Below, piece by piece: positions 1-9,765 of a DNA stretch of 64,000 bases (position 1 is the first letter of the stretch; each line of letters opens with the position of its first letter). This stretch comes from a bacterium. GTDB lineage: Bacteria; DUMJ01. Location: NCBI GenBank assembly GCA_049970495.1, contig JBMFMV010000003.1:8754-72753 (forward strand). The letters run 5' to 3'. The notes beneath the pieces are model-generated. The model worked only from the letters and a program-made list of their open reading frames with translations, was not told the origin of the DNA and did no database searches. The position numbers and the translations under genes were made by a program.

Positions 1-1
1 G

Positions 2-649
2 ATAAGATACATTCAGGGTCTATATGCAGGAGAGGCTGAGTTTGTAGATTATTGTTTGGGAGCTCTGTTTGATACACTGGAGGAATTAGGATATTATGAA
101 GATTCCCTTATAGTTATAACTGCTGATCATGGGCATCCTCTCTGTGATCATGGAAAGTTTTTAAAGGGTGCAGATAGGATGTATAATGAATTGTTTAAAG
201 TCCCATTTATTATGAGATTCCCTAAAGGTGAGTATGCTGGTAAGAAAATTTCTGCGCTTATTCAGTTTCCGGATATTTTACCAACGATATTAGAGATAAT
301 TGGGCTTAAGAATAATACGTGTAGTATGCATGGAAAGAGTTTTTTGCCAGTAATAAAGGGTGATAGAGATAACCATCGTGACACTGTAATTATGGGCTAT
401 TATGAAGGAATAGATCGATGCATTAGGGACCTACATTGGAGCTATGTGCAGAGGCCTGAGGGAGAACCGGATGAACTTTATAATTTAGATGAGGATCCTA
501 AAGAAAAGAATAATCTTATAGATAAATATCCCGAAGAGGCACTTAGGCTTTCCTCTATGTTTGGTTCTTATTTTAGAAATAGGAGAGCTGGAAAGGTTGT
601 AAAGGGAGTGCAAGGTAAGTATGAGATGAGTTCTAGTAGCGTAGAATAG
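2..649 (+). CDS. Sulfatase (arylsulfatase family), C-terminal portion; 5' end lies outside the window
   Basis: Frame is open from nt 2. ...YAGEAEFVDYCLGALFDTLEELGYYEDSLIVITADHGHPLCDHGKF... matches the conserved C-terminal block of type I sulfatases (nTlviftSDHG...hG...K). Confidence 0.6.
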   Translation: MRYIQGLYAGEAEFVDYCLGALFDTLEELGYYEDSLIVITADHGHPLCDHGKFLKGADRMYNELFKVPFIMRFPKGEYAGKKISALIQFPDILPTILEIIGLKNNTCSMHGKSFLPVIKGDRDNHRDTVIMGYYEGIDRCIRDLHWSYVQRPEGEPDELYNLDEDPKEKNNLIDKYPEEALRLSSMFGSYFRNRRAGKVVKGVQGKYEMSSSSVE

Positions 650-885
650 ATAAGCCTCCTTTTTGGAGAGTAACAAGAAATACCCTTAGATAATAGGGTC
701 TCATATGTTAGCATATAGGACTTATACCCCTTCTAGGGGTAACGAAAGGTTCCTTTAAAGGGGGGGTATTCTAAGAAATAGCATGAATTATTAGTATACT
801 ATTCTTAGTTAGCACTTCTACCAAGAGATTATGGACTATAAAAACGTTAAGGCAGAAGATGTTTAAAGATAGAAAAAGAGAAAGG

Positions 886-1698
886 TTATTCACTTGCTAG
901 CTTAAAGATTCTTTCTAGCTTTTTTTCTTCCCAATTTTTTATAAGATCTTCTACTTCTCCTAGAAAATTTCTGTATCCCCTTATAGCATTTATTACATTA
1001 TGTCTGTTGGTGTATAAAATATCTCGCCACACAGAGAAACTACTCTGTGCTAACCTTGTCATATCTTTATAGCCTCTACCAGAATAGACTATATTTCCAT
1101 TAACTGTCTCTTTAGCTACTACACTAAGACAAGTTGAGATTATCTGTGGAAGATGACTTATGTAGGCTACAAGTTTATCGTGGTCGTCTGGATTAATAAA
1201 AACAGGATTAGCTCCAAGAGACTCTACAATCTGCTTTACAGCTGTAGCAGTTTCTTGAGATGTATAATTAGTAGGGGTTAAGAAATATGTAGCATTTACA
1301 AAGAGATCCCTTTTTGCATAGTCTATTCCAGTTTTCTCTGAGCCGGCCATAGGATGTCCACCTATAAACCGGGCTAGTTTTTCTTTTGGCAGATCTTCTA
1401 GCTCCTTTATTATAAATCCCTTAGTACTTGCCACATCTGTTACTACTGTACTTTTAGTCTTTTCTAGTACCAACTTAACAAAACACGGCACAACCGATAC
1501 TACTGTGCACACAAAGATCATATCTAATTCTGGTGGAGAATCCAAAGGGGCTACCTCATCAATTATATTCATCTTCAAAGCCTTCTCTAATGGCTCTTTT
1601 GACCTATTCATCCCAATGACCTTATACCCTTTTTCTCTAAGAGAAAGGGCAAGAGACCCCCCTATAATACCTAGCCCTATTATTCCTATTGACTTCAT
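886..1698 (-). CDS. tyrA: Prephenate/arogenate dehydrogenase
   Basis: N-terminal Rossmann motif IGIIGLGIIGGSLALSL. PDH-like length (270 aa). ATG overlaps the aroG stop (ATGA). Last gene of the aro operon. Confidence 0.75.
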   Translation of the reverse strand: MKSIGIIGLGIIGGSLALSLREKGYKVIGMNRSKEPLEKALKMNIIDEVAPLDSPPELDMIFVCTVVSVVPCFVKLVLEKTKSTVVTDVASTKGFIIKELEDLPKEKLARFIGGHPMAGSEKTGIDYAKRDLFVNATYFLTPTNYTSQETATAVKQIVESLGANPVFINPDDHDKLVAYISHLPQIISTCLSVVAKETVNGNIVYSGRGYKDMTRLAQSSFSVWRDILYTNRHNVINAIRGYRNFLGEVEDLIKNWEEKKLERIFKLASE

Positions 1699-2717
1699 AT
1701 ACTTCTTCCAACTGCTTCCGCTACTTTTGCTAGCTCTCTCATTAGTGTTTGGAACATAGGAATATTTAGAGATTGTGCTCCATCAGAAAGGGCTTTTGCC
1801 GGTTCTGGATGGACTTCTATTATCAGCCCATCGGCACCTGCAGCTATTGCTGCCTTTGCCATAGGAGGGACTAACTGCCATCTCCCTGTACCGTGACTAG
1901 GGTCTACTATAACAGGTAGATGACTGAGTTCATGTAGAAGGGGAACTGCTGTTAAGTCTAATGTAAATCTTGTAGCTTGCTCAAAAGTCCTAATACCTCT
2001 TTCACAAAGTATTACCTGATGGTTTCCTCTAGACATAATATACTCTGCAGCTAAGAGAAATTCTTCTATGGTTGAGCTTAATCCTCGTTTCAAGAGGACA
2101 GGTAACCTAGTCTTACCCACTTCAGTTAAAAGAGGAAAGTTGCTCATATTTCGTGTACCTATCTGAAGTATATCTGCATATTGACTTACAAGCTCTACAT
2201 CTCTAGGATCAAGTACTTCGGTTACTATAGGTAAACCTACCTCTTTCCCTGCTTGATAGAGTAACTTAAGTCCTTCTTCCCCTAGCCCTTGGAAGCTGTA
2301 CGGAGAAGTTCTAGGTTTAAATGCCCCTCCTCTTAATATCTTGGCATTTGCTGCTTTTATTGCTCTAGCTGTAAGCATAATGTTATCTTCATTTTCTACT
2401 GCGCAAGGACCAGCCATCACTATTACCTCATTCCCACCTATCACTACCCCTTTCACATTTATCTGTGTCCCCTCTTTCTTCCATTCTCTACTAGCAAGTT
2501 TATACGGTTTTAAGATAGGAATAACTTTTTCTACGCTAGGAAGAGACTCTAACTGCTGAGCTAGTAATAGTTTGTGCTCATCTTTAGCTCCGATAACACC
2601 TATAATTGTTTTTTCTACCCCTCTAGAGACATTTACCCCATATCCTAGACTTTTGACCCTTTCACATATCAGTTCTATATCTCTTTCAGTGGCATTATCG
2701 GATAGTACTATTACCAT
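1695..2717 (-). CDS. aroG: 3-deoxy-7-phosphoheptulonate (DAHP) synthase, type I-beta, with N-terminal ferredoxin-like regulatory domain (Thermotoga-type)
   Basis: KPRTSPYSFQG signature of the DAHPS/KDO8PS family. Has a TIM-barrel core and a ~70-aa N-terminal extension (MVIVLSDNATERDIELICERVKSLGY...). Confidence 0.8.
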   Translation of the reverse strand: MVIVLSDNATERDIELICERVKSLGYGVNVSRGVEKTIIGVIGAKDEHKLLLAQQLESLPSVEKVIPILKPYKLASREWKKEGTQINVKGVVIGGNEVIVMAGPCAVENEDNIMLTARAIKAANAKILRGGAFKPRTSPYSFQGLGEEGLKLLYQAGKEVGLPIVTEVLDPRDVELVSQYADILQIGTRNMSNFPLLTEVGKTRLPVLLKRGLSSTIEEFLLAAEYIMSRGNHQVILCERGIRTFEQATRFTLDLTAVPLLHELSHLPVIVDPSHGTGRWQLVPPMAKAAIAAGADGLIIEVHPEPAKALSDGAQSLNIPMFQTLMRELAKVAEAVGRSI

Positions 2718-2757
2718 GTTTGCCTCTCTTATACATTCGTAAAGTCCCGGAGTTCAA

Positions 2758-3804
2758 TCATTTTAGTATACCTCCTAATATTTCTGGCGTTATATTCTTG
2801 AATTCTCTTACATCCCCTATTTTTATTGGGATTATAAACGACAATGAGCTTGTAGTAGCTTTTTTATCTATATAGAAATATGACATTAGGTCTTGAGGAT
2901 TTAAGTTTTTGAGTTCTGTTGGCAAGTTAAATCTCTCCAAGAGCGATCTTACCCTTTCTTTTAAAGAAGGCTCTGTAACCCCAAGCGCTTCTCCAAGTTT
3001 AATGGCATACATAATACCTATCGCTACCGCTTCTCCATGTAAATATTTTTTATAATTAGTAGCCGATTCTATAGCATGGGCAAATGTATGTCCTAGATTT
3101 AAAATCTTTCTTATAGCCTTATCTCTCTCATCCATCTTTACTATCTTTGCCTTTACTCTAATAGCCTTTTCTATAGCAGTAATTAAGGGATATCTACCTC
3201 GTTCGAGGATAGAGAAGAAGCCTTCTCCATCTATGATTCCTGCCTTTATTATTTCAGCCCATCCTGAATTGAGCTCTCTTTTGGGAAGAGTCTCTAAAAG
3301 GTTGACATCTATCAAAACCCCTTTGGGCTGATAGAATGCACCTACTAGGTTTTTCCCCTCTCTAAGATTTACCGCCACCTTTCCTCCAATGCTAGCATCG
3401 ACTTGGGCTAGTAAGGTCGTTGGTATCTGATAAAAGTCTATGCCTCGCATGTAGGTAGCAGCTATAAATCCTCCTGTATCACAGATGACTCCACCACCTA
3501 GATTTATAATACAGTCACTTCGGGTGAATTTGTTCTCTACTAAAGTTTTATATCCCTTTTCTACAGATTTTAATGTCTTATATCTTTCGCCATCAGGTAG
3601 TACTAATGTATCTACCTTTACGAATCCACCCTTAATAGAATCTAATACCTTCTTTCCATAGAGGTTCCATACTGTATTATTAGTTATAACTAGAGCCTTT
3701 CTATCCTCTTTAGATGGAAAGAAGACGTTAAACTTCTCTATAATACCTCTACCTATATAGATATTATAGCTATTATCCTTTAGCTTTACTTTTATTGTCC
3801 CCAT
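2758..3804 (-). CDS. aroB: 3-dehydroquinate synthase
   Basis: GGGVICDTGGFIAATYMRGI and HGEAVAIG motifs of DHQS. 348 aa. Confidence 0.85.
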   Translation of the reverse strand: MGTIKVKLKDNSYNIYIGRGIIEKFNVFFPSKEDRKALVITNNTVWNLYGKKVLDSIKGGFVKVDTLVLPDGERYKTLKSVEKGYKTLVENKFTRSDCIINLGGGVICDTGGFIAATYMRGIDFYQIPTTLLAQVDASIGGKVAVNLREGKNLVGAFYQPKGVLIDVNLLETLPKRELNSGWAEIIKAGIIDGEGFFSILERGRYPLITAIEKAIRVKAKIVKMDERDKAIRKILNLGHTFAHAIESATNYKKYLHGEAVAIGIMYAIKLGEALGVTEPSLKERVRSLLERFNLPTELKNLNPQDLMSYFYIDKKATTSSLSFIIPIKIGDVREFKNITPEILGGILK

Positions 3805-3893
3805 AGGTTAAAGATTATTATATTGATTGGGATAAAACATAGCAAATCGATTCCGAATAAATAATATGTTCAAGCTTAGAGGAATTGAACTCC

Positions 3894-4412
3894 CTAGATT
3901 CTTTCCTCTATTATTTGTAAAATCTCAGCAATGACTTCTTCAGGGCTTTTTGTCGCATCTATTATGTAGTTGGCTGTCTCTTTATACAGAGATTCTCTTT
4001 GTAAAAGAAGAGAACGAACTTTTACTTCTCTATCCCCCTCTAACAAAGGTCTTGTCCTGTCGTTTTCTGTTCTACTCAGCACAGTTTCTGGATTTACTTT
4101 TAGCCAAAATACTAGGCCCTTTTCTCTTAGAGCTTCCCTTACATTTTCTCTAGTTACACATCCTCCCCCTGTTGCTATTACAGTATTTTTGTCCTCAATG
4201 GCTTTTAGAATAGTCCTCTCTTCGATGTTTCTGAAATATACTTCCCCGTATCTTTTGAATATTTCGCTTATAGATAACCCTTCTCTCTCTTCTATAAGAA
4301 TATCAGTATCAATGAAATTTCTATTTAAGATTCTAGCTAACTCTTTCCCTATGGTTGTCTTGCCTGAAGCCATAAAACCTATTAAGATAATGGGTTTACA
4401 GGGACCTAACAT
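3894..4412 (-). CDS. aroK: Shikimate kinase
   Basis: P-loop ILIGFMASGKTTIGKELA. 172 aa. Start overlaps aroC 3' end by 17 nt. Confidence 0.85.
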   Translation of the reverse strand: MLGPCKPIILIGFMASGKTTIGKELARILNRNFIDTDILIEEREGLSISEIFKRYGEVYFRNIEERTILKAIEDKNTVIATGGGCVTRENVREALREKGLVFWLKVNPETVLSRTENDRTRPLLEGDREVKVRSLLLQRESLYKETANYIIDATKSPEEVIAEILQIIEERI

Positions 4413-5526
4413 AGTCTACATACTGAAAAAATCTAGATTTCAATTCTTCTATTGTATTTCCACCAAATTCTTCTAGGATTTTGTCAGCTAGAACCCAGGC
4501 TAACATTGCCTCTGCAATTACACCCGCAGAGGGAACTATGCATACATCACTTCTTACAACAGCTGCTTCAGTTTCTTCTTTAGTAATTATATCTATACTT
4601 GGTAAGGGCTTTCTCAAGGTTGGAACTGGTTTTACTGCTCCCTTTACAATAATAGGTTCCCCATTAGTCATACCACCTTCGATACCCCCTGCAAAGTTGG
4701 TCTCTCTATAAAATGGCCAGGGAAGACGTGATTTTTTATATTTTATTACATCTAGGACTTTAGAACCAAAATTCTCTGCGCTATAAAGACCTTTTCCTAT
4801 CTCCACACCTTTGACACTAGGAATACTCATTATAGCTTGAGCTATTAGACCATCTAACCTTTTATCCCAATGGGTATAGGTTCCAATTCCTGGTGGAACA
4901 TTAAGAGCTATTACTTCAAATATTCCACCTAAGGTATCCCCTTTTTCTGTTGCTTCATCTATAAGATCGATCATTTTCTCTGATATTTCTTTATCCGGAC
5001 ATCTTACAGGAGACTCATCGATTAATCTTTCTGCGCTTTCGTCGCCCGTATCTATATCTTTCTCAAGCTTTACATTTCCAATAGCTCTTGTAAAGCTTAG
5101 AATCTTTATTCCTAACTCTTTTAAGAGTTTTTTTGCTACTGCTCCAGCCATAACCCTGCTAGCGGTTTCTCTTGCGCTTGCCCTTTCCCATATATCTCTT
5201 ATATCGTTAGTATGATATTTTATAACCCCTGGGAGGTCAGCGTGCCCTGGCCTAGGTATAAATATAGAAGTTTGCTCCTTTTGCCAATCTGTATTTAAAA
5301 GGACTATAGATATTGGACTTCCTATAGTCTTACCATTTCTTACTCCAGAGTATATCTGGCACCTTTCAGATTCTATCGACATCCTTTTTCCTCTCCCGTA
5401 TCCTTGTCTTCTTCTATCTAACTCTATGTTTATATCATCTTCTGATAATGAGATACCACATGGGATACCTTCTATTATAGTTACAAGTGCCTTTCCATGA
5501 GATTCTCCAGCAGTAAGAAACCTCAT
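4396..5526 (-). CDS. aroC: Chorismate synthase
   Basis: Classic N-terminus MRFLTAGESHGKAL. 376 aa. ATGA overlap with the aroE stop. Confidence 0.9.
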   Translation of the reverse strand: MRFLTAGESHGKALVTIIEGIPCGISLSEDDINIELDRRRQGYGRGKRMSIESERCQIYSGVRNGKTIGSPISIVLLNTDWQKEQTSIFIPRPGHADLPGVIKYHTNDIRDIWERASARETASRVMAGAVAKKLLKELGIKILSFTRAIGNVKLEKDIDTGDESAERLIDESPVRCPDKEISEKMIDLIDEATEKGDTLGGIFEVIALNVPPGIGTYTHWDKRLDGLIAQAIMSIPSVKGVEIGKGLYSAENFGSKVLDVIKYKKSRLPWPFYRETNFAGGIEGGMTNGEPIIVKGAVKPVPTLRKPLPSIDIITKEETEAAVVRSDVCIVPSAGVIAEAMLAWVLADKILEEFGGNTIEELKSRFFQYVDYVRSL

Positions 5527-6359
5527 AAGTATTCTTTAATCGCCTCCTCCATTATCTCTACTGGTGGCTCTATACCTGTCCATATCTTAAAGGATGCTGC
5601 CCCTTGATATACTAACATCTTTATCCCATTTAGAGTTTTTGCCCCTAGCGTCTCTGCCACCTTAAGAAATTCAGTCTTAGGCGGATTATACACTAGGTCT
5701 ATAGCAGTTGTCTCCTTTCCAATTATAGAGCCGGGGATTCTTAAACTCTCTTCAATACCTTCCATACCAAGAGGTGTAGCATTTACTATGACGTCTATAA
5801 TTCCTAATGAATCTAAATTACTGAATGGGATAAATATTATCTCTTTATTGAATAGATCAGTTAAGAATTCTATAAGTTGCCTAGCTCTTTCTTCTGTTCT
5901 GTTTGTTATAAATAATCTCTTCACATTGAGTCTACATAAACTATACGCTACCGCTTTGCCTGCTCCGCCAGCTCCTATAAGTAGGGCTGAAGAATTGGTT
6001 ATATCTAGCCCTTCTAGACACTTTTCAAAACCAAATACGTCCGTATTATATCCTACAAGTTTTTCTTCAGTTATCTTTATTGTATTTACCGCCTTCAAGA
6101 CTTTTGCTTCTTCTGATAGCTCATCTAAATAGGAGATAACTGCAGTCTTATGAGGTATGGTGACATTAACACCAAGAATATTTGTATACCTAAGAGACTT
6201 TATAAAGGGTCCTATACCTTCTGGTTTTATATCAAGAGCAATATAGCAGCAGTCCATACCAAGCTCCTTAAATACTCTGTTATGCATTATTGGTGACATA
6301 CTATGTCTAATAGGGTGTCCTATTACTATTGCTATTTTAGTCGAACCTTTTATTTCCAT
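5523..6359 (-). CDS. aroE: Shikimate 5-dehydrogenase
   Basis: NVTIPHK substrate motif and GAGGAGKAVAYSL NADP-binding motif. First gene of the minus-strand aro operon. Confidence 0.85.
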   Translation of the reverse strand: MEIKGSTKIAIVIGHPIRHSMSPIMHNRVFKELGMDCCYIALDIKPEGIGPFIKSLRYTNILGVNVTIPHKTAVISYLDELSEEAKVLKAVNTIKITEEKLVGYNTDVFGFEKCLEGLDITNSSALLIGAGGAGKAVAYSLCRLNVKRLFITNRTEERARQLIEFLTDLFNKEIIFIPFSNLDSLGIIDVIVNATPLGMEGIEESLRIPGSIIGKETTAIDLVYNPPKTEFLKVAETLGAKTLNGIKMLVYQGAASFKIWTGIEPPVEIMEEAIKEYL

Positions 6360-6367
6360 AATTCCCT

Positions 6368-6395
6368 ATTATAAATATCTTAGTAGGAATTTCAA
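6368..6395 (-). promoter_or_regulatory. Candidate sigma-70-type promoter for the aro operon (TTGAAA-16-TATAAT on minus strand) ending 8 nt before the aroE ATG; possible leaderless transcript
   Basis: Reverse complement of 6390-6395 is TTGAAA. Reverse complement of 6368-6373 is TATAAT. Spacer is 16 nt. ATG at 6359. Confidence 0.3.
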
Positions 6396-6658
6396 GTAAA
6401 ATTCGATCCTAAAGTGTAATCACTTTATTAAAAGGGCTCCTTTCTAATTTAGCTATGTACTTATACAAATTTACCGCTTTCGTCTTTCCTCAAAATTAAA
6501 TCTTCCTGAAATACATATGATATTATTCATGGTTATATCTCTAGTTCATTTAGGATGTTAGTTTTCTGTTTCTTAGAACCTTTACGATAGTTATAAGCGT
6601 TATGGATAATTATAGACATTTTCCCTTTCATGGTGTATACTCCTTCTGGGATAGTTGT

Positions 6659-6725
6659 AACCATCCTGTAGCCTCCTTTTTTAGAATAAATATAACATAA
6701 GCTACAGGATGGTTCTTCTTTTTAC
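6659..6725 (+). other. Long perfect inverted repeat (14-bp stem, 28-nt loop) followed by a T-run on the plus strand, in the divergent aroE/bfr intergenic region
   Basis: aaccatcctgtagc (6659-6672) pairs with gctacaggatggtt (6701-6714), followed by cttctttttac. Sits between divergent gene starts, so it is not a conventional 3' terminator. Confidence 0.4.
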
Positions 6726-6847
6726 TAATTTTGAGGAAACAATCTAATTTCGGGTAGATTATTTTTGAGGAATGTCGCTTTTTTGACTTTATAGAAGTTG
6801 GATGATAAAATTTATCTATAAACATTTTTAAATAGGAGGTGTTTTAG

Positions 6848-7279
6848 ATGGCTTATCAAAAAGTGAGTCAAGAACTTTTGAATCTACTTAATGATGCTAT
6901 AGCTAGAGAGATACAAGTTTCTATCCAGTATATGTGGCAGCATATACAGTGGAGAGGAGTAAAGGCATTTGCTGTTAAGGAAGAGTTTAGGAGTATTTCT
7001 ATAGATGAGATGAAACATGCTGAGATAATAGCAGAGAGATTATTCTACCTCGGTGGTATCCCAACTACTAAGCCTACACCTATATATGTTGGAAATAGTC
7101 TTAAAGAAATGTTAGAGCAGGACGTAAAAGATGAAGAGAACGCTATAGAGATGTATAAGAGGATAATATCTTTGGCTGATAAAGAGGGAGATACAACTAC
7201 TGCTGAAATTTTTAGAGATATACTTGAGGATGAGGAAGAGCACCACGATACTTTTAGTAGTTTGTTAGAAGAGTTATAA
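6848..7279 (+). CDS. bfr: Bacterioferritin-like ferritin-superfamily diiron protein
   Basis: SIDEMKHAEIIAERLFYLGGIP matches the Bfr block ESIDEMKHADKLIERILFLEG. E..H diiron ligands are present. RBS AGGAGG lies 6 nt upstream of the ATG. Confidence 0.7.
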   Translation: MAYQKVSQELLNLLNDAIAREIQVSIQYMWQHIQWRGVKAFAVKEEFRSISIDEMKHAEIIAERLFYLGGIPTTKPTPIYVGNSLKEMLEQDVKDEENAIEMYKRIISLADKEGDTTTAEIFRDILEDEEEHHDTFSSLLEEL

Positions 7280-7291
7280 TTTAGATAAGAA

Positions 7292-7330
7292 AGTAGCGGA
7301 CGGGATCTAGCCTTGTCCGCTACTTATTAA
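7292..7330 (+). terminator. Rho-independent terminator after bfr
   Basis: agtagcggac...gtccgctact forms a 10-bp stem with a 13-nt loop, followed by TATTAAA. Confidence 0.5.
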
Positions 7331-7342
7331 AGGGTGAGTTTT

Positions 7343-8380
7343 ATGGAGAATGATAAGTATTTGAAGTGGTTTAAGGTTGGTTTAGGCGTAGCTATACTTT
7401 CCTCTAGCTCTCAGGTAAAAATTGGAGCTAAAGATATGCCTAAGCTATACATTAGTAATTACTCTAGCAACTTTACGGTCGCCTCTAATACTCAGAATAG
7501 AGAGATCCATAGTATAGTCGATGTAAGTATCGTAAAGGAGAATACTGTTAGGGAGTCTGTAAGGAAGGCAGTTTCTATGGTTGGAGGATTAGATTTTATA
7601 AAACCTGGAGACACTGTCCTTGTCAAACCTAATGTAAACTCTGATGACCCTTATCCTGGCACTACTAATCCCGAAGTAATTAGAGAGATAGTTTCTATGT
7701 GCTTTGAAAGTGGAGCTAGGAGGGTAATTGTTGCTGACCGCTCTGGTGTTCTCTGGCAGAATACTATGTATAATATGGAAAAAGTAGGAATAGCTCAAGC
7801 TGCTAGAGGGGCTGGCGCAGAAGTATTAGCTCTAGATAACGAAGAGTGGGTCCTTGTAAAGCCAAAAAGTTCTAAATACTGGGTTAATGGATTTAGAATT
7901 CCTAAAATAGTTACTGAAGTTGACCATATTATAAATGTTGCAGTAGTAAAGACTCATTCTATAGCAGACTTTTCTATGAGTTTAAAGAATTTTGTTGGTT
8001 TTATACATATGTCAGATAGGATGTTTATGCATAGTTCCGGTAATATAAAAGAGATGATTGCAGAGTTAAACCTTGCATTTAACCCAAAACTTAACATCCT
8101 TGATGCAACTAGGGTTTTTGTAAGGGGAGGGCCCGATAAGGGAGAAGTTAAAGAGCCAAGAGTTATTATTGCTTCTAGAAATAGAGTAGCAGCTGATATA
8201 GTTGGTTTAGCTCTCTTAAGGAGCTTAGGAACTACTACTGCAATTCAAGATAGAGATATATGGTCTCATCCTCAGATAAAAAGGGCTATAGAGCTTGATC
8301 TTGGTATTAAAGACTCATCTAGAATAAATCTTGTTGGAAGTAATGTGGATTTAGAAGAGATAAAAAGACTATCAAAATAG
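7343..8380 (+). CDS. DUF362-family protein with hydrophobic N-terminal segment (secreted or membrane-anchored)
   Basis: VLVKPNVNSDDPYPGTTNPEVI resembles the DUF362 core. ORF track starts at GTG 7334; ATG at 7343 chosen. N-terminal KWFKVGLGVAILSSSS is hydrophobic. Confidence 0.4.
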   Translation: MENDKYLKWFKVGLGVAILSSSSQVKIGAKDMPKLYISNYSSNFTVASNTQNREIHSIVDVSIVKENTVRESVRKAVSMVGGLDFIKPGDTVLVKPNVNSDDPYPGTTNPEVIREIVSMCFESGARRVIVADRSGVLWQNTMYNMEKVGIAQAARGAGAEVLALDNEEWVLVKPKSSKYWVNGFRIPKIVTEVDHIINVAVVKTHSIADFSMSLKNFVGFIHMSDRMFMHSSGNIKEMIAELNLAFNPKLNILDATRVFVRGGPDKGEVKEPRVIIASRNRVAADIVGLALLRSLGTTTAIQDRDIWSHPQIKRAIELDLGIKDSSRINLVGSNVDLEEIKRLSK

Positions 8381-8444
8381 ATTCTTGTAAATACCCCTTA
8401 GTTGTGGTATTATTTTCATTCGTAAGGATGGAAGGAGGTAGATA

Positions 8445-8585
8445 ATGAAGAAGACAGCCTTTCAAAGAAATAGAAAACCTAGAAAGACTACACATGGATT
8501 TTTGGCTAGGATGAGTACCCCTGGCGGTAGGAATGTTATTAAGCGTAGGAGAGCTAAAGGTAGACATAGATTAGTCCCGGTATAA
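8445..8585 (+). CDS. rpmH: 50S ribosomal protein L34
   Basis: Translated manually; below the ORF-track size cutoff. [46 protein letters not shown] is 46 aa. RBS GGAGG upstream. Confidence 0.9.
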   Translation: MKKTAFQRNRKPRKTTHGFLARMSTPGGRNVIKRRRAKGRHRLVPV

Positions 8586-8938
8586 TGCTCCCCAGGGAGA
8601 AAAGATTATCCAAGTCAAAAGATATAAGAAATATATTGAGGTGTGGTAAAAGGTTAATAATGGATGGTATAAGTTTATATGTAGTTAGAGGAAGGGGTAG
8701 GATAGGATTTATTACTACTAAAGGTTTTGAAAATGCAGTTTTACGTAATAGGGCTAAAAGAAGAGTAAGGGGGGCGTTTGAAGCAGAGCATTTTTCTATA
8801 GATAATTATGATCTACTCTTTGTTATAAGGCCTGAAGTATTGGAAGCTGATTTTGAAAAAATAAAGGAGATGATTAAGAGGCTTACTCTAAATATAAGAG
8901 ATGAAGAAGATAGCTTTAGTTCTAATAAGATTTTATAA
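8585..8938 (+). CDS. rnpA: Ribonuclease P protein component
   Basis: RNR motif [13 protein letters not shown]. 117 aa. ATG overlaps the rpmH stop (TAATG). Confidence 0.85.
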   Translation: MLPREKRLSKSKDIRNILRCGKRLIMDGISLYVVRGRGRIGFITTKGFENAVLRNRAKRRVRGAFEAEHFSIDNYDLLFVIRPEVLEADFEKIKEMIKRLTLNIRDEEDSFSSNKIL

Positions 8939-9110
8939 GTTATTTATATCGCCCTTATTGGGCAAAAACTGTAGGTTTTATCCAACCTGTTCTGAATATA
9001 CGTATCAGGCTATAGAGAGATACGGATTAGTTAAAGGAATATTCTTAGGATTGAGACGTATCCTACGATGTAATCCATTTAATCCTGGTGGTTATGACCC
9101 ACTATTATAA
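8901..9110 (+). CDS. yidD: Membrane protein insertion efficiency factor YidD
   Basis: [17 protein letters not shown] conserved YidD core. 69 aa. Overlaps the rnpA 3' end. Confidence 0.85.
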   Translation: MKKIALVLIRFYKLFISPLLGKNCRFYPTCSEYTYQAIERYGLVKGIFLGLRRILRCNPFNPGGYDPLL

Positions 9111-9128
9111 TTAAGGAAGGTTGAAGGT

Positions 9129-9749
9129 ATGAATTACATAAACAATTTTATAATGAGCATATTAGATTTCTTTTACAACTTAACAGGTAACTATGGTGTT
9201 GCATTAATCTTATTTACTGTAATTGTAAAACTCATACTTTATCCGCTAACGCATCAACAATTTAAGGCTCTTAAAGAGCAACAGAGAATTCAGCCTGAGC
9301 TTAATAAGTTGAGAGAGAGGTATAAGGATGATCCACAGAAGTTAAATCAGGAAATGATGGAGCTTTATAGGAGACACAGAATAAATCCTTTAGGGGGTTG
9401 CTTGCCTTTACTTATCCAATTTCCCATATTAGCCATACTCTATAGTGCTATAAATGCTTATTCTAGTAAGTTCGCCAATGCAAGCTTTTTGTGGATAAAA
9501 AGTTTAGCGTCGCCTGATCTTCCGCTACTTATTATATATGGAATCAGTATGGTAGCTTCTAGTTTTTTATCCTCACCTTTAAGTGAAGACCCATCGCAGC
9601 GTAGTAGTCAACTATTTATGAATATAGGCTTACCTATAATTTTTACTATTTTATTTAAGAACTTTCCTTCTGCCTTTATACTTTATTGGTTTGTCTTCAA
9701 TATCCTTACAACTATTCAGCAGGTATATGTAATGAGGGTACTAAAATAG
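9129..9749 (+). CDS. yidC: Membrane protein insertase YidC/Oxa1 (short form)
   Basis: Has the 60-kDa inner-membrane-protein core (KALKEQQRIQPELNKLRERYKDDPQKLNQEMMELYRRHRINPLGGCLP). 206 aa, as in SpoIIIJ-type short YidC. Confidence 0.8.
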   Translation: MNYINNFIMSILDFFYNLTGNYGVALILFTVIVKLILYPLTHQQFKALKEQQRIQPELNKLRERYKDDPQKLNQEMMELYRRHRINPLGGCLPLLIQFPILAILYSAINAYSSKFANASFLWIKSLASPDLPLLIIYGISMVASSFLSSPLSEDPSQRSSQLFMNIGLPIIFTILFKNFPSAFILYWFVFNILTTIQQVYVMRVLK

Positions 9750-9765
9750 TGGATGGAGGTTATAT

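Noticed and set aside
3950-4476. Two plus-strand ORFs (67 and 168 aa) inside aroK/aroC
   Set aside because: They are antisense to well-supported aro genes, S/L-rich and show no motifs. These are typical shadow ORFs.
6628-6825. 65-aa lysine-rich ORF on the minus strand in the aroE/bfr intergenic region
   Set aside because: It spans the 14-bp hairpin and T-run, has no RBS and shows low-complexity K-rich composition. It looks like a by-product of AT-rich intergenic sequence rather than a gene.
8319-8567. 82-aa minus-strand ORF
   Set aside because: It lies antisense to the highly conserved rpmH gene and its promoter/RBS, so it is spurious.
9491-9499. TGTGGATAA (DnaA-box-like 9-mer)
   Set aside because: It is a single copy inside the yidC coding sequence, with no cluster and no AT-rich unwinding element, so it is taken as coincidental.
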